A stretch of DNA of 55,773 nt, from the NCBI GenBank assembly GCA_038042445.1, contig JBBTED010000087.1, forward strand, positions 1-55,773, written 5' to 3'. Below the pieces are notes generated by a model that saw nothing but the letters and a program-made list of their open reading frames with translations, searched no databases and was not told where the DNA came from. A program made the position numbers and the translations under genes. The DNA is from Candidatus Firestoneibacteriota bacterium. GTDB lineage: Bacteria; Oederibacteriota; D2-FULL-39-29; JBBTED01. This document shows, piece by piece, positions 9,731 to 20,413 of this stretch; position 1 is the first letter of the stretch; each line of letters opens with the position of its first letter.

Positions 9731-10980
9731 GAAATTCCTCCTAAAATTTTTATTTTAAAACCAGCATTCCTCCACAAAGCATGCCGGACATAATTTCTGG
9801 TATCAACTAGAATCTTTTTTCGCATAAACTTAGCAATAGATACCGGATTAATTTTTAGAAACTCCTTGTGGTCCGCCAATATTAAAATACAATCAGATTC
9901 TTTAACTGCATCATTAAGTGACATAAGTTTATATTCAAAATTTTTTGCCAATGGGTCATAGCATTTAAGAATACAACCTTTTTTCTTTAAAGCATTAATC
10001 ACAGATATTGCAGGACTTTCACGAACATCCTCAACATTCCCTTTATAACTTACTCCAAAAATTGAAATGACCGGTTTTTTAATACCGATAAGTTGTTTTG
10101 AAACAATATCTGCAACATATTTGGGCATATCATCATTTATATTACGTGCTAATTTTATAAGTTTTGCAAATTTTGGCGATGTTTCCACCAAAAACCACGG
10201 GTCAACAGCAATGCAATGACCACCAACTCCAGGCCCTGGTTTGTGCAAATTAACCCTTGGATGCCTATTTGCCAGATTTATTGCATCCCATATATTCACA
10301 TTAATATTTTCAGCAATAAGCGCCAATTCATTTGCTAAAGCAATATTTACATCCCTGAAAGTATTTTCAATTAGTTTCACCATCTCCGCTGTATTTGAAT
10401 CAGTTATTAAAATTTCACCTTCAACAAACGTTTCATATATTTTTTTAGCAGCAGAAGATGATTCTTTTGTAATCCCACCTATAATACGGCTATTTCCTAC
10501 AAGTTCTTTCAAAATATTGCCAGGCAAAACTCTCTCTGGACAATATGCAAGTCCAATTTCTTTGCCCGCCTTCAAGCCAGACTCAGACAAAATCTTAGCC
10601 ACCAAGCCATTTGTTGTTCCAGGTGGCACTGTAGACTCAAGTATAACAAGACTCCCTTTTCTAAGGTAAGGTATAATGTTTTTGGATGCAGATTTAACCA
10701 TTGTCAAATCTGCTTTGGAATTTCTAACTGGCGTAGGAACAGTAATAATAAAAACATCTGCCTGCTCAGGAGACATAGAAACTTTTAGATTTCCGGAAAA
10801 TATTGCAGATTGAACTAAAGTTTTTAAACCCGGCTCCTGAATATGGACATTTCCTTTAGACAAAGACTCTATAACTTTCTCAGAAATATCAACACCAATA
10901 ACCTTATACCCATTTGACGCAAGAATACTCGCAGTAGGTAACCCTATATAACCTAAACCCAACACACAAATTTTAGCCAT
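9727..10980 (-). CDS. wecC: UDP-N-acetyl-D-mannosamine dehydrogenase-type nucleotide-sugar dehydrogenase
   Basis: GLGYIGLP, VPTP, ESTVPPG, CPERVLPG, KLIENTFRDVNIA, PGPGVGGHCIAVDPWF. Confidence 0.85.
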   Translation of the reverse strand: MAKICVLGLGYIGLPTASILASNGYKVIGVDISEKVIESLSKGNVHIQEPGLKTLVQSAIFSGNLKVSMSPEQADVFIITVPTPVRNSKADLTMVKSASKNIIPYLRKGSLVILESTVPPGTTNGLVAKILSESGLKAGKEIGLAYCPERVLPGNILKELVGNSRIIGGITKESSSAAKKIYETFVEGEILITDSNTAEMVKLIENTFRDVNIALANELALIAENINVNIWDAINLANRHPRVNLHKPGPGVGGHCIAVDPWFLVETSPKFAKLIKLARNINDDMPKYVADIVSKQLIGIKKPVISIFGVSYKGNVEDVRESPAISVINALKKKGCILKCYDPLAKNFEYKLMSLNDAVKESDCILILADHKEFLKINPVSIAKFMRKKILVDTRNYVRHALWRNAGFKIKILGGIS

Positions 10981-11016
10981 AATTTAAAAGATACCATACT
11001 TGCTAATACAAATCAA

Positions 11017-12111
11017 TTAAAAATCATTTAGCAATTTTTTGCAGGATTCAAAAACATCTGATACTTCTACAGAACCACAACTGCCATCTTTACTATACAC
11101 AAAAAGATGCTGTGACCCTATTGGATTCCAAAACTTCGGATTAGTCTGACCAAATATCGCAACTGTTGATGTATTTACTCCTGCGGCAATATGTAAAACA
11201 CCTGTATCATTACATATAAACAATTTGCACTGTTTTATAATTGCTGCAAGCTGCCTTATTGGAATCTGAGGTACAATAACTGGCTTTATAGTAGTAGATT
11301 TTAAAAATGTACTTACTAATTCTTTCTCATTTGGACCACACATAACTATAATACTTGCATTCATTTCTTTTTCTAATAATTCTACAAGCTGTGCAAATTT
11401 TTCCACTGGCCAACGATTCGGAAGTTTACCAGCACCTGGATGAATTGCAACCAGCAACTTATTATTTTTATCGATATTTTGCGCTATAAAATTTTTTCCA
11501 AATTGTATTTCTTCCTCTGTAAGTTCTACAAGATGCTGTTTGTCGTTTGTATCAATACCTAATATTCTTACATAATCCAAATTCAAATCTACCTGATGCT
11601 TCTCTATAGGCAAAACATTAAGATTAAATAAAAAATCTGTGTTTCCATAAAATCCAAAATGTTTTCCATTAGTTCCAACTTTAATTTTAGCTTTTGAAAA
11701 ATGTGATATCAACGCAGATGTCAAAGAAAACGACACTGTTGAAGGAACTATTGCCAAATCCATTTTTTTTATCCTTATTTTTTTAAAAAAAGAAAAAGCT
11801 GTCCATGGATGTTTCAGAAAATTTTTGCTGTCATAAATCAGAATTTCATTAACATACGGATTGTTTTTCATTAGTTCAGCAGTAAAGTTACGAGTTATAA
11901 GAGTTATATCAACCTCTGGTATTTTTTGCTTAATAGCTCTTAGCATTGGTACCATCAAAAGAATATCACCTCTTTCATTGTGTTGTCTGACTACAAGAAC
12001 TTTTTTTATCTGCTTCAAATCAATACCAGCAGTATTAATTTTCCTATTCTTTATGAAAACATGCAATACTGCTAATAACAAAACCCTAAGCAATTCTTCA
12101 ACTCTTCTCAT
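11017..12111 (-). CDS. GT9 heptosyltransferase-like glycosyltransferase
   Basis: GDILL..P, IHPGAG..RWPVEKF, FICNDTGVLHIAA, AIFGQT. Confidence 0.85.
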   Translation of the reverse strand: MRRVEELLRVLLLAVLHVFIKNRKINTAGIDLKQIKKVLVVRQHNERGDILLMVPMLRAIKQKIPEVDITLITRNFTAELMKNNPYVNEILIYDSKNFLKHPWTAFSFFKKIRIKKMDLAIVPSTVSFSLTSALISHFSKAKIKVGTNGKHFGFYGNTDFLFNLNVLPIEKHQVDLNLDYVRILGIDTNDKQHLVELTEEEIQFGKNFIAQNIDKNNKLLVAIHPGAGKLPNRWPVEKFAQLVELLEKEMNASIIVMCGPNEKELVSTFLKSTTIKPVIVPQIPIRQLAAIIKQCKLFICNDTGVLHIAAGVNTSTVAIFGQTNPKFWNPIGSQHLFVYSKDGSCGSVEVSDVFESCKKLLNDF

Positions 12112-13232
12112 AGAACATTCATACTTTCAATTATTTTAAACACATTCTCTGGATTTATTGATTCCATACAAATATGCGATTTAATTAAGCAGTGTTTTCC
12201 TCCATGAAGAACACAAGGTTTACACGGAATTTTAGCAAAAACAGTTCTATCCTTTTCTCCAAGCGGACCAAAACCAAATTCCAAAACTGTTGGCCCAAAT
12301 ATTGCAAGAACAGGAACTTTCATTGCAACAGCTATATGCATAGGACCTGTATCATTAGTTACAAATAATTTACACTTTCCTATTAATGCCGCAAGCTGCA
12401 ATATTGTAAGTTGTTCATTTATAATTACAGGTGGATATTTCATCATACTTGCAACTTCATTCATAATCTTTTTATCTTTTTCATCACCTAATATTATTGA
12501 TTTTGCCCCATAACGTTCCCAACATAAATCTCCTGTTTTTGCAAATCCGGAAGCGCCCCATCGTTTAATTGCCCACTTTCCACCAGAAAATACACCAATT
12601 ATTTTTGTGGCAGAATTATCCTGCAGAATTTTTGACACATATTTTTTATCATCTTCTGATGGATAAAGTACAGGCAATGCTTTGTTTGTCTGAATTTGCA
12701 CAGGCAAAAATTTGTCAAAAACAATCAAATAACGTTCTATAGTATGAACATATTTTTTTATATCACCAATTTCAATTTTCACAATGTCATTCCCAAGTAA
12801 TTGGGAATCCAGTGTCTTTTTAGTAATTAAACATAGCAATGCTCTCAATCTTGCAACAAATACCATAAATCTTCGCCTTAATATGCCTTTTTTATATCTA
12901 AGTCTTACTTTTCCACCACATAACATTGAAATTACAACAGTTTTTGGATTAAAATGCAGGTCAATAACAAGATCAAATCTTTTATTCCTAAGCCCAATTA
13001 CAAACCTAAAGAAACTTATTAAGTTATAGCGTTTAATTTCAATTATTTCATCTATGTAAGGATTATTTTGCAATACATTTACATATTTAGCAGAAGTCAA
13101 AAAAGATATTTTGGCTTCAGGAAATCTATCCTTTAAAACAGGAATAACAGACGTAGCAAGGACAACATCTCCAAGTGAACTCAAACGAAGAATTAATATA
13201 TTTTTATATGATGAATTATTGTTGTTTTGCAT
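12108..13232 (-). CDS. GT9 LPS heptosyltransferase (WaaF-like)
   Basis: LRLSSLGDVVL, FVTNDTGPMHIAVA, AIFGPT, C..C..HG..C..H.CM. Confidence 0.85.
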   Translation of the reverse strand: MQNNNNSSYKNILILRLSSLGDVVLATSVIPVLKDRFPEAKISFLTSAKYVNVLQNNPYIDEIIEIKRYNLISFFRFVIGLRNKRFDLVIDLHFNPKTVVISMLCGGKVRLRYKKGILRRRFMVFVARLRALLCLITKKTLDSQLLGNDIVKIEIGDIKKYVHTIERYLIVFDKFLPVQIQTNKALPVLYPSEDDKKYVSKILQDNSATKIIGVFSGGKWAIKRWGASGFAKTGDLCWERYGAKSIILGDEKDKKIMNEVASMMKYPPVIINEQLTILQLAALIGKCKLFVTNDTGPMHIAVAMKVPVLAIFGPTVLEFGFGPLGEKDRTVFAKIPCKPCVLHGGKHCLIKSHICMESINPENVFKIIESMNVL

Positions 13233-15291
13233 TTAACTCTGCAAGTTTCTTTTTGACATCTTCATAAAATGGCATATCTTCTGAACATTCAGAAATCACC
13301 CTATTATAATATTGCAATGCAATATCTTTTTTTCCTAAAGAAAAATTCGCCTCTGCAGTAAGATATAAAGCTTCACCTGTATAATCATCATTTTTTGATA
13401 TTTTCATACACTGCTCAAGATATTTTAATGCATCCTCATACTTATTTTGCTTAGAAAATACTTTCCCACGCAAAAGAAATGTATATCCATCAAGTTTTTC
13501 CCATGGCAATTTACTCTCCCATTCATCTAACATAGTTACAGCATCAGCAAAATTATTTGAATATATATATCCTTCAGTACGTGTAGCATAATCACCTGAA
13601 ATTATTGTCTCTTTTTCGTAAGTCATTGCATCTTTTTGTGCTACTTTCATATATTCTATCTTTGAAGATTGCAAATCTCCTTTTTTAAGATATGCATCTC
13701 CAAGTAATATCTGACCTGCACGAACTATAGGATTTTTCAAATCATTATTCTTTTTTAGCATTTCAGTAAAAGTCGCAATAGCTTTATCGTAATCCTGCAT
13801 ATTATCCAATAATGTTTTTCCAATTCCAAGATATGCTGAAGAAATCCATTCTGGCTTTGAAAACTTAAGAGTTATTTCTTCATAAGTTTTTATTGCTTTT
13901 TCATAATTTTTGAACTTGTCACTTTTCAAAGCTTCTGCACGATAAAGATAACCAAAATACTTTTTATCGTCTGAAACATCTAAAGATTTCTCCAGTATTA
14001 AATTAGATATATTTAATACCTGTTCATCATCTTTAGATTTATTTGCAATAATCAAAAACATCCATAAAGAATTTGCATCAAGGTTATCCAATTTATAATT
14101 TTTAATCTGCTCATAGTCATTCTTTAAAACTTTATCAAAATCTATTTCTTTTTCATCAGGATCCCATAAAACCTTTACCATCAATTTGTATTCTTCTATA
14201 GCATTTGTAGTATCCTCTACAGTTAAAACAACCTGATATTTACCGGAAACAAGATATATATGAGAAATTTCGTTTCCAGAACCTGTTGTTCCATCCCCAA
14301 AATTCCATAAATATTTGTTACCTTCTACAAGTGGTGCCCAAAAACGAAAACAGTAAATCTGGTTATCATTAATTCTTAGACTATGCTCCCGTGTATATGT
14401 AAAATCTGCTGTTGATATTTTCCCTGTTTTTTCCAGAAATTCAGCTTTTGCTTCTATAGGCTGCAAAAATCCTTTTTCTGGCACAGGCAAATATTTATTA
14501 TCACCTGGTTTTTTCACTGCCAAAACTACTTTTTGTTGAAATGCATACGCTTGATGATAAAATTCTATTTTATGTACACCAGCCATCAAATAAGTTTCAC
14601 CATGATATTTAGGATCTGGTAAAGCTTTATGCTCCCCTGGCCATTGAACCAAAGGTTCAGTTTCATCATCAATTAAAAAAAAAGAAGCTCCATCTGATGT
14701 TAATGCAAAACTATATTCTCCTGAAACAGGACAAGAAACATAACCAGTATATACACCTACGTATGACTCATTAGGAGACAATGGATTGTATGGACTAAAT
14801 ATCTGTTTTGCAATACTAACTCCAATTTTTTGCGGTGGCTTTTTCATCCACCTATTCATCTGTTCCCAATTCTTAACCATTTTTAAAGGTGCCTCATAAG
14901 TTGTCAAAATTAATCCTTTTTGTGGATTCCATATATCCCAGTCTTCAGCCATTATATTTGGATTTCCAAAATATATTTCATATTTCGACTGCCTGTTTGC
15001 TGCCTGAAATAAAAGTATAGTTTTATCCAAAGGTGCATAATACAAAATACGAAATGGCACTACTTTATCATTTTCATCTACTATAACTATATCTCTTCCA
15101 TCATTACGTGCCAATGCCCCAGTTGTAAACTCTACAGTTACAACAGTATTATATGGATCTTTATCAGCTGGAGTAACAAATGTTACTTTTCGTCTATATT
15201 GCCATTTATCATCCCACCAATTTTGAGAATCAGCAAAAACATTGGAATTAGTAAATATCAGAATAATTAAAAGTATAATATTCTTTAGCAT
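13216..15291 (-). CDS. Exported protein: DUF2341-like N-terminus, PA14-like, PKD and TPR domains
   Basis: Signal peptide; WWDDKWQYRR..DGRDI; GEYSFALTSDGASF..GVHKIEFYH; YLWNFGDG..HIY..GKY.V.LTV.D; TPR-like helices. Confidence 0.7.
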   Translation of the reverse strand: MLKNIILLIILIFTNSNVFADSQNWWDDKWQYRRKVTFVTPADKDPYNTVVTVEFTTGALARNDGRDIVIVDENDKVVPFRILYYAPLDKTILLFQAANRQSKYEIYFGNPNIMAEDWDIWNPQKGLILTTYEAPLKMVKNWEQMNRWMKKPPQKIGVSIAKQIFSPYNPLSPNESYVGVYTGYVSCPVSGEYSFALTSDGASFFLIDDETEPLVQWPGEHKALPDPKYHGETYLMAGVHKIEFYHQAYAFQQKVVLAVKKPGDNKYLPVPEKGFLQPIEAKAEFLEKTGKISTADFTYTREHSLRINDNQIYCFRFWAPLVEGNKYLWNFGDGTTGSGNEISHIYLVSGKYQVVLTVEDTTNAIEEYKLMVKVLWDPDEKEIDFDKVLKNDYEQIKNYKLDNLDANSLWMFLIIANKSKDDEQVLNISNLILEKSLDVSDDKKYFGYLYRAEALKSDKFKNYEKAIKTYEEITLKFSKPEWISSAYLGIGKTLLDNMQDYDKAIATFTEMLKKNNDLKNPIVRAGQILLGDAYLKKGDLQSSKIEYMKVAQKDAMTYEKETIISGDYATRTEGYIYSNNFADAVTMLDEWESKLPWEKLDGYTFLLRGKVFSKQNKYEDALKYLEQCMKISKNDDYTGEALYLTAEANFSLGKKDIALQYYNRVISECSEDMPFYEDVKKKLAELNAKQQ

Positions 15292-15351
15292 AACAATGAT
15301 TTTACCATAAATATTATTGGAAATAATACAAAAATTTGATATACTTTATTT

Positions 15352-16374
15352 ATGGATGAAATAAAGGATAAAGAAGATTTAAAACTTGTTGAAAAACTTG
15401 TTGATGGCAGAAAATCTATTATTGCACAACTAAAAAAAACAATTGTAGGTCAGGAACAAGTAATAGAAGAGTTATTAATTGCTTTGTTTGCAAAAGGACA
15501 CTGTTTGTTAGTAGGCGTGCCGGGACTGGCAAAAACAATGATAATAAACAGTCTTGCACAAATTCTTGACTTAGATTTTAACAGAATACAATTCACCCCT
15601 GATTTAATGCCATCTGACATAACAGGCACGGAAGTTATAGAAGAAGATGCCACAACAGGCAAAAGAAATTTTAGATTTATAAAAGGACCGATTTTTGCCA
15701 ATATTATATTGGCAGATGAAATAAATAGAACTCCGCCTAAAACGCAATCTGCACTTCTACAGGCAATGCAGGAATACAAAGTAACTGCTGGCGGAAAAAC
15801 ATATCCTATGGCTTTGCCATTTTATATTCTTGCCACACAAAATCCAATTGAACAAGAAGGAACATATCCTTTACCAGAAGCACAACTTGACAGATTTTTC
15901 TTTAATGTAAACATTACATATCCTACTATGGAAGAGGAAAAAGAAATTATAAAAAAAACTACTGGAAGCTATGATATAAAATTACAAAAAGTCCTGAACG
16001 CAAAAGAAATTTTAAAACTCCAGGAAATAGTCCGACGTGTTCCTGTTTCAGATTATGTAATCTCGTATGCTGTTCTACTTGCTTCATCAACAAGACCAAA
16101 TTTTGAGGAATCTCCAAAATTCATTAAAGACTGGATAAACTGGGGAGCAGGACCAAGAGCCTCACAAAGTTTGATATTAGGCGGAAAAGCTCGTGCATTA
16201 CTACAAGGCAGACTAACCGTATCTATTGAAGATATAAAAGCACTTTCATTTCCTGTATTGCGACACAGAATAGTATTAAATTTTAATGCTGAAGCAGAAG
16301 GCATAAAACCAGAAGATGTAATTCAAAAACTATTAGAACATATCACTCCGCCACCTAAAAGCACATCCTTGTGA
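15352..16374 (+). CDS. moxR: MoxR-family AAA+ ATPase
   Basis: GVPGLAKT, RIQFTPDLMPSD, LADEINR, ATQNPIEQEGTYPLPEAQLDRF. Confidence 0.92.
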   Translation: MDEIKDKEDLKLVEKLVDGRKSIIAQLKKTIVGQEQVIEELLIALFAKGHCLLVGVPGLAKTMIINSLAQILDLDFNRIQFTPDLMPSDITGTEVIEEDATTGKRNFRFIKGPIFANIILADEINRTPPKTQSALLQAMQEYKVTAGGKTYPMALPFYILATQNPIEQEGTYPLPEAQLDRFFFNVNITYPTMEEEKEIIKKTTGSYDIKLQKVLNAKEILKLQEIVRRVPVSDYVISYAVLLASSTRPNFEESPKFIKDWINWGAGPRASQSLILGGKARALLQGRLTVSIEDIKALSFPVLRHRIVLNFNAEAEGIKPEDVIQKLLEHITPPPKSTSL

Positions 16375-17408
16375 TAAAATACCGCTGACTGACCCGGAGT
16401 AATTGCACGTTGTTTCTTTACAAATTTTACTTTAACTGTGTTATCCGTTTCTGGAAAAACTTTTGCTCTTGCTGGAATCGCAGTATATCTAACTTTAACA
16501 TCTAACATCTGTGGCTTATCTAAATTAGATATTGAAACCCAATTTAACGAATCAACAGTTAATTCATCTGAATAAGTATCTTTTTCATATCCTACAACTA
16601 TTGTATTTTGCCCGGGAATTATCTTAACAACATAAAGCGGTTTTTTAGAATTTATCCCCAAACCTTTACGTTGACCTATAGTATAAAACTGTAATCCTTT
16701 ATGTGTCCCTATAATTTCACCATTTGTATTTAAAATATTCCCTGGTTTTATAGATGACGGGATTAACTCTTTTAGAAATTTGCAATAATCATTATCAGGA
16801 ATAAAACATATTTCCTGACTATCTGGAACATCAGCATTTGGCAAACCAAGTTCTCTTGCAATTATCCTTACTTCTTTTTTCTTAAATAAATTTCCTAAAG
16901 GAAAAAGTGCGTATTTTAATTTTTCTTGCGTTAAATTATATAATGCGTAAGATTGATCCTTTGATAAATCTTTCGCTTTTTTTAATACAAACCTATTCTC
17001 CTTTTTATTAAAATTTATTTTAACATAATGACCTGTAGCAAGATATTTTGCTCCAATTTCACGTGAGCGTCCAAGCAAATCATCAAATTTTGTATATGTG
17101 TTGCATTGCACACAGGGATTTGGCGTTCTGCCTTTTGAATATTCCTCGCAAAAATTTTTTATTACTTTTTCTTCAAAGATTTTTCTGAAATTAAGAACAT
17201 AATGTGGAAAATCAAGCCTTTTTGCAACTTTTTTTGCATTTTCTATTGCATCAATTGAACAACACCCTCCAAACCCTGTTTTCAATTTATTAGACGGCAA
17301 AACCTGCATTGTTATGCCAATCACATCATAACCCTGCTCCTTAAGAAGCGCAGCAGCAACAGAACTATCAACCCCCCCACTCATTGCTATAACTACTTTT
17401 TCTTTCAT
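16323..17408 (-). CDS. mnmA: tRNA 2-thiouridylase
   Basis: AMSGGVDSS, TPNPCVQCN, ATGHY, KDQSY, DSQEICF, TIGQRKG, TPGQSAVFY. Confidence 0.95.
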   Translation of the reverse strand: MKEKVVIAMSGGVDSSVAAALLKEQGYDVIGITMQVLPSNKLKTGFGGCCSIDAIENAKKVAKRLDFPHYVLNFRKIFEEKVIKNFCEEYSKGRTPNPCVQCNTYTKFDDLLGRSREIGAKYLATGHYVKINFNKKENRFVLKKAKDLSKDQSYALYNLTQEKLKYALFPLGNLFKKKEVRIIARELGLPNADVPDSQEICFIPDNDYCKFLKELIPSSIKPGNILNTNGEIIGTHKGLQFYTIGQRKGLGINSKKPLYVVKIIPGQNTIVVGYEKDTYSDELTVDSLNWVSISNLDKPQMLDVKVRYTAIPARAKVFPETDNTVKVKFVKKQRAITPGQSAVFYHKDVLLGGGVICSNSF

Positions 17409-17426
17409 TCAAAAATCTCCTTGTAT

Positions 17427-17585
17427 GTCATTCCCGCGAAAGCTTGTCCTTGTAAAAATAGAGAACGAGAATCTATTAATTATTTAATTGATCCTCGAAT
17501 AAAAATTTTATTATCTGGCATCCCTGCGAAAGCAGGAATCCAGACGGTTTTGTATTTCTTGGATTCTAACTTTCGTGAGAGTGAC
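17427..17585. repeat. GTCATTCCCGCGAAAGC-GGAATC-type palindromic repeats (three units)
   Basis: Units at 17427-17474 (with an inner GCTTGTCC insert), 17517-17543, and an inverted partner at 17560-17585. Confidence 0.7.
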
Positions 17586-17600
17586 TCTCCCCATCCTAAA

Positions 17601-17720
17601 GAGCCTGTGCCAAAAGGTGTCATTCTGAGGCAGTAGCCGAAGAATCTCGCTTTAAAGCCCTTTAAAAACGAGATCCTTCACTGCGTTCAGGATGACAAAA
17701 TAGGGTTATGGCACAAGCTC
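17601..17720. mobile_element. 120-bp MITE with 12-bp TIRs and a TAAA target duplication
   Basis: GAGCCTGTGCCA...TGGCACAAGCTC (11/12 match); TAAA at 17597-17600 and 17721-17724; internal GTCATTCTGA..GAATCTC / GAGATCC..TCAGGATGAC inverted pair. Confidence 0.7.
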
Positions 17721-17808
17721 TAAAGGGCGAGGCTTCTTTTTTTATACAGTATATCACGACTATGGTTCTTCCCTGCACTAAAAGTGCACAGTTTTTTTAT
17801 TCATTTTT

Positions 17809-20280
17809 CTAATTTATTTCTACTACTTTCATTACTTCGTCTCCATAGTGATTTATTACTTTTACGGCAATTTTACCTGTTTTTGGTTTTGGAAATGGTC
17901 TTGAGGATGTGGAATATAACTCTTCCCAAGCGGATTCATTAATATCTGTTTTAAGGGCTTTTTTAAGTTTTTCGTAGGGTTTATCGGCACCAAGAAAATA
18001 TGCATGGGTTACAAAAAAAGCATCTCCATTATAATTAGTGTCTATAAACCAAGCAGCAATGTCGTGTTCGGGATTGTCTGAACCACTCGAACGTATTTCA
18101 GATTTAACTGGGTCATACACATCTACACCTACAATTTCTACGATAATTCCATCTTTTGTTTCTTTTATTTTTAATTCAGGTTCGCCAAAAGCAAGAAATA
18201 AATTGCCTGAACCAGTCTTCTTCAGAAGATCTCCCATAGAAAGATCTGGATTAATTTTGACTTTCATAATTCGTACTCCGTTAATTTCCGAAGGCACAGA
18301 AAATGCTGAAGCATCAAAAGAAGTCGCAGTTACCACCAGAAGATTAGCAAATTTCTTTGCCACGACTGCCGCATCACGTATGAAATCATCGTCTATACTA
18401 CCAAATTCCGGGCCAATAGAAACAGCAGCTTTCTTCAAACCATCCTTTGTTTTATATTCACCAACAGCTTGCACTTCAGGACCACTTGGAATAATATCTA
18501 AATTAACAAATTCTACTCGTGCGCCTTTTTCACCTGTTTGCACTCCAGATTTAAGAAGATTTCCTATAACTATATCTACAAAACGTTCAGAAGAAAGCAT
18601 CTCCTGCGCATCAGAAACTCGATGTGGAGAAAGAGACTCAACAGTAAATGGTCCTGTTACGCGTACAATATTCTTATCCTCAAATGGCTGGTCGTAAAGT
18701 ACTTCTTGTTCTGCTGACTCGTCGTTTGCCAATGATTTTAAAGTAATATGTGGCACGATTTTACATTCAAAACCGTATCGCACATTGTCTTTCTCTTTGA
18801 GTTTGTAATATGAAAACTTGGCAGTCATCAGACGGATACGTGCCAAAGCAAGTGCCACACGTGAGGTATCAACCGTAATCCAACGTCTGCCCCATTGTTC
18901 AGCAACGAAAGCTGTTGTTCCAGAGCCGCAGGTCGGGTCAAGAACAAGATCTCCCGGATCAGTGGTCATTAAAATACACCTTTTTATTACTTCTGTTGAA
19001 GTTTGAACAACATAATCTTTGTCAGATTCCGACAATTGATTACTCCACATATTATTTAATGATATATATGAAAAATCATCAAAATATCTGATGTAATTAA
19101 AAGATTTATCATTTAGTTTTATTCTTCCTTTTTGATAAAGTTTGTTAAAACCTTCTTCTGTTGTTTTCCAACTACCCATTGCTGTTGTGTATGTTTTGCT
19201 GTTTATAATCACTACACCACCATTTCCCGATTGACTTTTCACATCACCATAATTGAAAATCTTTTCCCCAATTTTCAGTTTAGTCAAACTAATTTTTCCA
19301 TCATTTAAGAAACGTTTTTCATATTGCTTTATTGATATTACCTCATCATTGGTTAAAAGTATTTTGTGGCTGTTAGTTATATTATCATCTGTTTTCTCTT
19401 GATATAGTTGTCTATATTTAACTCGTTCTATATTTTTTGCATACCAAAGAATATAATCACCACATTTATCCAGTAATTTCTGTCCTAATCCGCTTGTTGT
19501 CTTAAACATAATTAGACTCGCAAAATTACTGTTACCAAATACTTCATCCATAATATTCCTAACCAAATGCACATTCTCATCACTAATTTGCACAAAACAC
19601 GAACCACTTTCTGTTAATAATTCTCGTGCAGTAATTAAACGGTCGCGTAAATAAGAAAGATAAGAATGAATACCCAATTCCCATGTGTCGCGAAAAGCTT
19701 TCACTTGTTCCGGCTGGCGGATAAAATCTTCTAATTTATTGTCTTTAACCTTAGGTTTGCGTGTAGAAACCTGCCAATTAGAGCCAAACTTAATTCCATA
19801 AGGCGGGTCAATGTAGATGGTCTGCACTTTGCCACGCATTCCTTCTTTTTCCAACAAGCTGTTCATCACAAGCAAACTATCACCAAGAATCATTCTGTTT
19901 TGCCAATTATCTTCGTGCTTGTAAAATTCAACTGCCTTGCCAAATTGCTCTTGTGCTGTTTCTCCAAAAAGAAGCATCTGCGAAGTTTCATTCGTACCGG
20001 CTTTAAGTCGAGCAATTATTGCTTCAGGTGCAATTTTTTCCTGAACATAAATTGGGACTGAAGCAACTTCGAATTCCACACCCGCTTCTTTTTTGCCTGA
20101 CCAGATAAGTTGTGGATCAAGAGACGGATCATACTCGTATTTTTTCTTCACTGGCTGTTTTTCACGTGCAGAAAGTTTAACTGATTCTTCTTGTGTAGGA
20201 ATACGAACACGTTTATCCTCGTGCTTATACGAAGCAACTGGCGCAGCATCTGTTGGAGCTTGTATTTTCTTTTTTCGCAT
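17809..20280 (-). CDS. mod: Type III R-M methyltransferase (beta-class m6A)
   Basis: NRMILGDSL, YIDPPYG (motif IV) before VLDPTCGSGTT (motif I); AT-richer central TRD; C-terminal IAVKVINHYGDEV. Confidence 0.88.
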   Translation of the reverse strand: MRKKKIQAPTDAAPVASYKHEDKRVRIPTQEESVKLSAREKQPVKKKYEYDPSLDPQLIWSGKKEAGVEFEVASVPIYVQEKIAPEAIIARLKAGTNETSQMLLFGETAQEQFGKAVEFYKHEDNWQNRMILGDSLLVMNSLLEKEGMRGKVQTIYIDPPYGIKFGSNWQVSTRKPKVKDNKLEDFIRQPEQVKAFRDTWELGIHSYLSYLRDRLITARELLTESGSCFVQISDENVHLVRNIMDEVFGNSNFASLIMFKTTSGLGQKLLDKCGDYILWYAKNIERVKYRQLYQEKTDDNITNSHKILLTNDEVISIKQYEKRFLNDGKISLTKLKIGEKIFNYGDVKSQSGNGGVVIINSKTYTTAMGSWKTTEEGFNKLYQKGRIKLNDKSFNYIRYFDDFSYISLNNMWSNQLSESDKDYVVQTSTEVIKRCILMTTDPGDLVLDPTCGSGTTAFVAEQWGRRWITVDTSRVALALARIRLMTAKFSYYKLKEKDNVRYGFECKIVPHITLKSLANDESAEQEVLYDQPFEDKNIVRVTGPFTVESLSPHRVSDAQEMLSSERFVDIVIGNLLKSGVQTGEKGARVEFVNLDIIPSGPEVQAVGEYKTKDGLKKAAVSIGPEFGSIDDDFIRDAAVVAKKFANLLVVTATSFDASAFSVPSEINGVRIMKVKINPDLSMGDLLKKTGSGNLFLAFGEPELKIKETKDGIIVEIVGVDVYDPVKSEIRSSGSDNPEHDIAAWFIDTNYNGDAFFVTHAYFLGADKPYEKLKKALKTDINESAWEELYSTSSRPFPKPKTGKIAVKVINHYGDEVMKVVEIN

Positions 20281-20291
20281 AATAATTTATA

Positions 20292-20327
20292 AAATCTCCC
20301 CTAACCCCTCTTTTTCAAAGAGGGGGA
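20292..20327. repeat. CCCCT-hairpin repeat between res and mod
   Basis: AAATCTCCCCTAACCCCTCTTTTTCAAAGAGGGGGA. Confidence 0.65.
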
Positions 20328-20374
20328 CTAAAATTCCAGAAGAACCTAATTTACTTTAATGTATACTATATTGC

Positions 20375-20413
20375 ATTTTAGTATATATTGTAAACTCCGA
20401 TATATACTAAAAT
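20375..20413. promoter_or_regulatory. Perfect 14-bp inverted repeat over the res stop codon
   Basis: ATTTTAGTATATAT-(11 nt)-ATATATACTAAAAT. Confidence 0.45.

Noticed and set aside
17421..17636. 71-aa plus-strand ORF
   Set aside because: It is a translation of palindromic repeats (VIPAKA, IPAKAGIQ) with no gene-like features.
17809..20280. Phase-variable mod gene
   Set aside because: No simple-sequence repeat tract seen, and the frame is intact.
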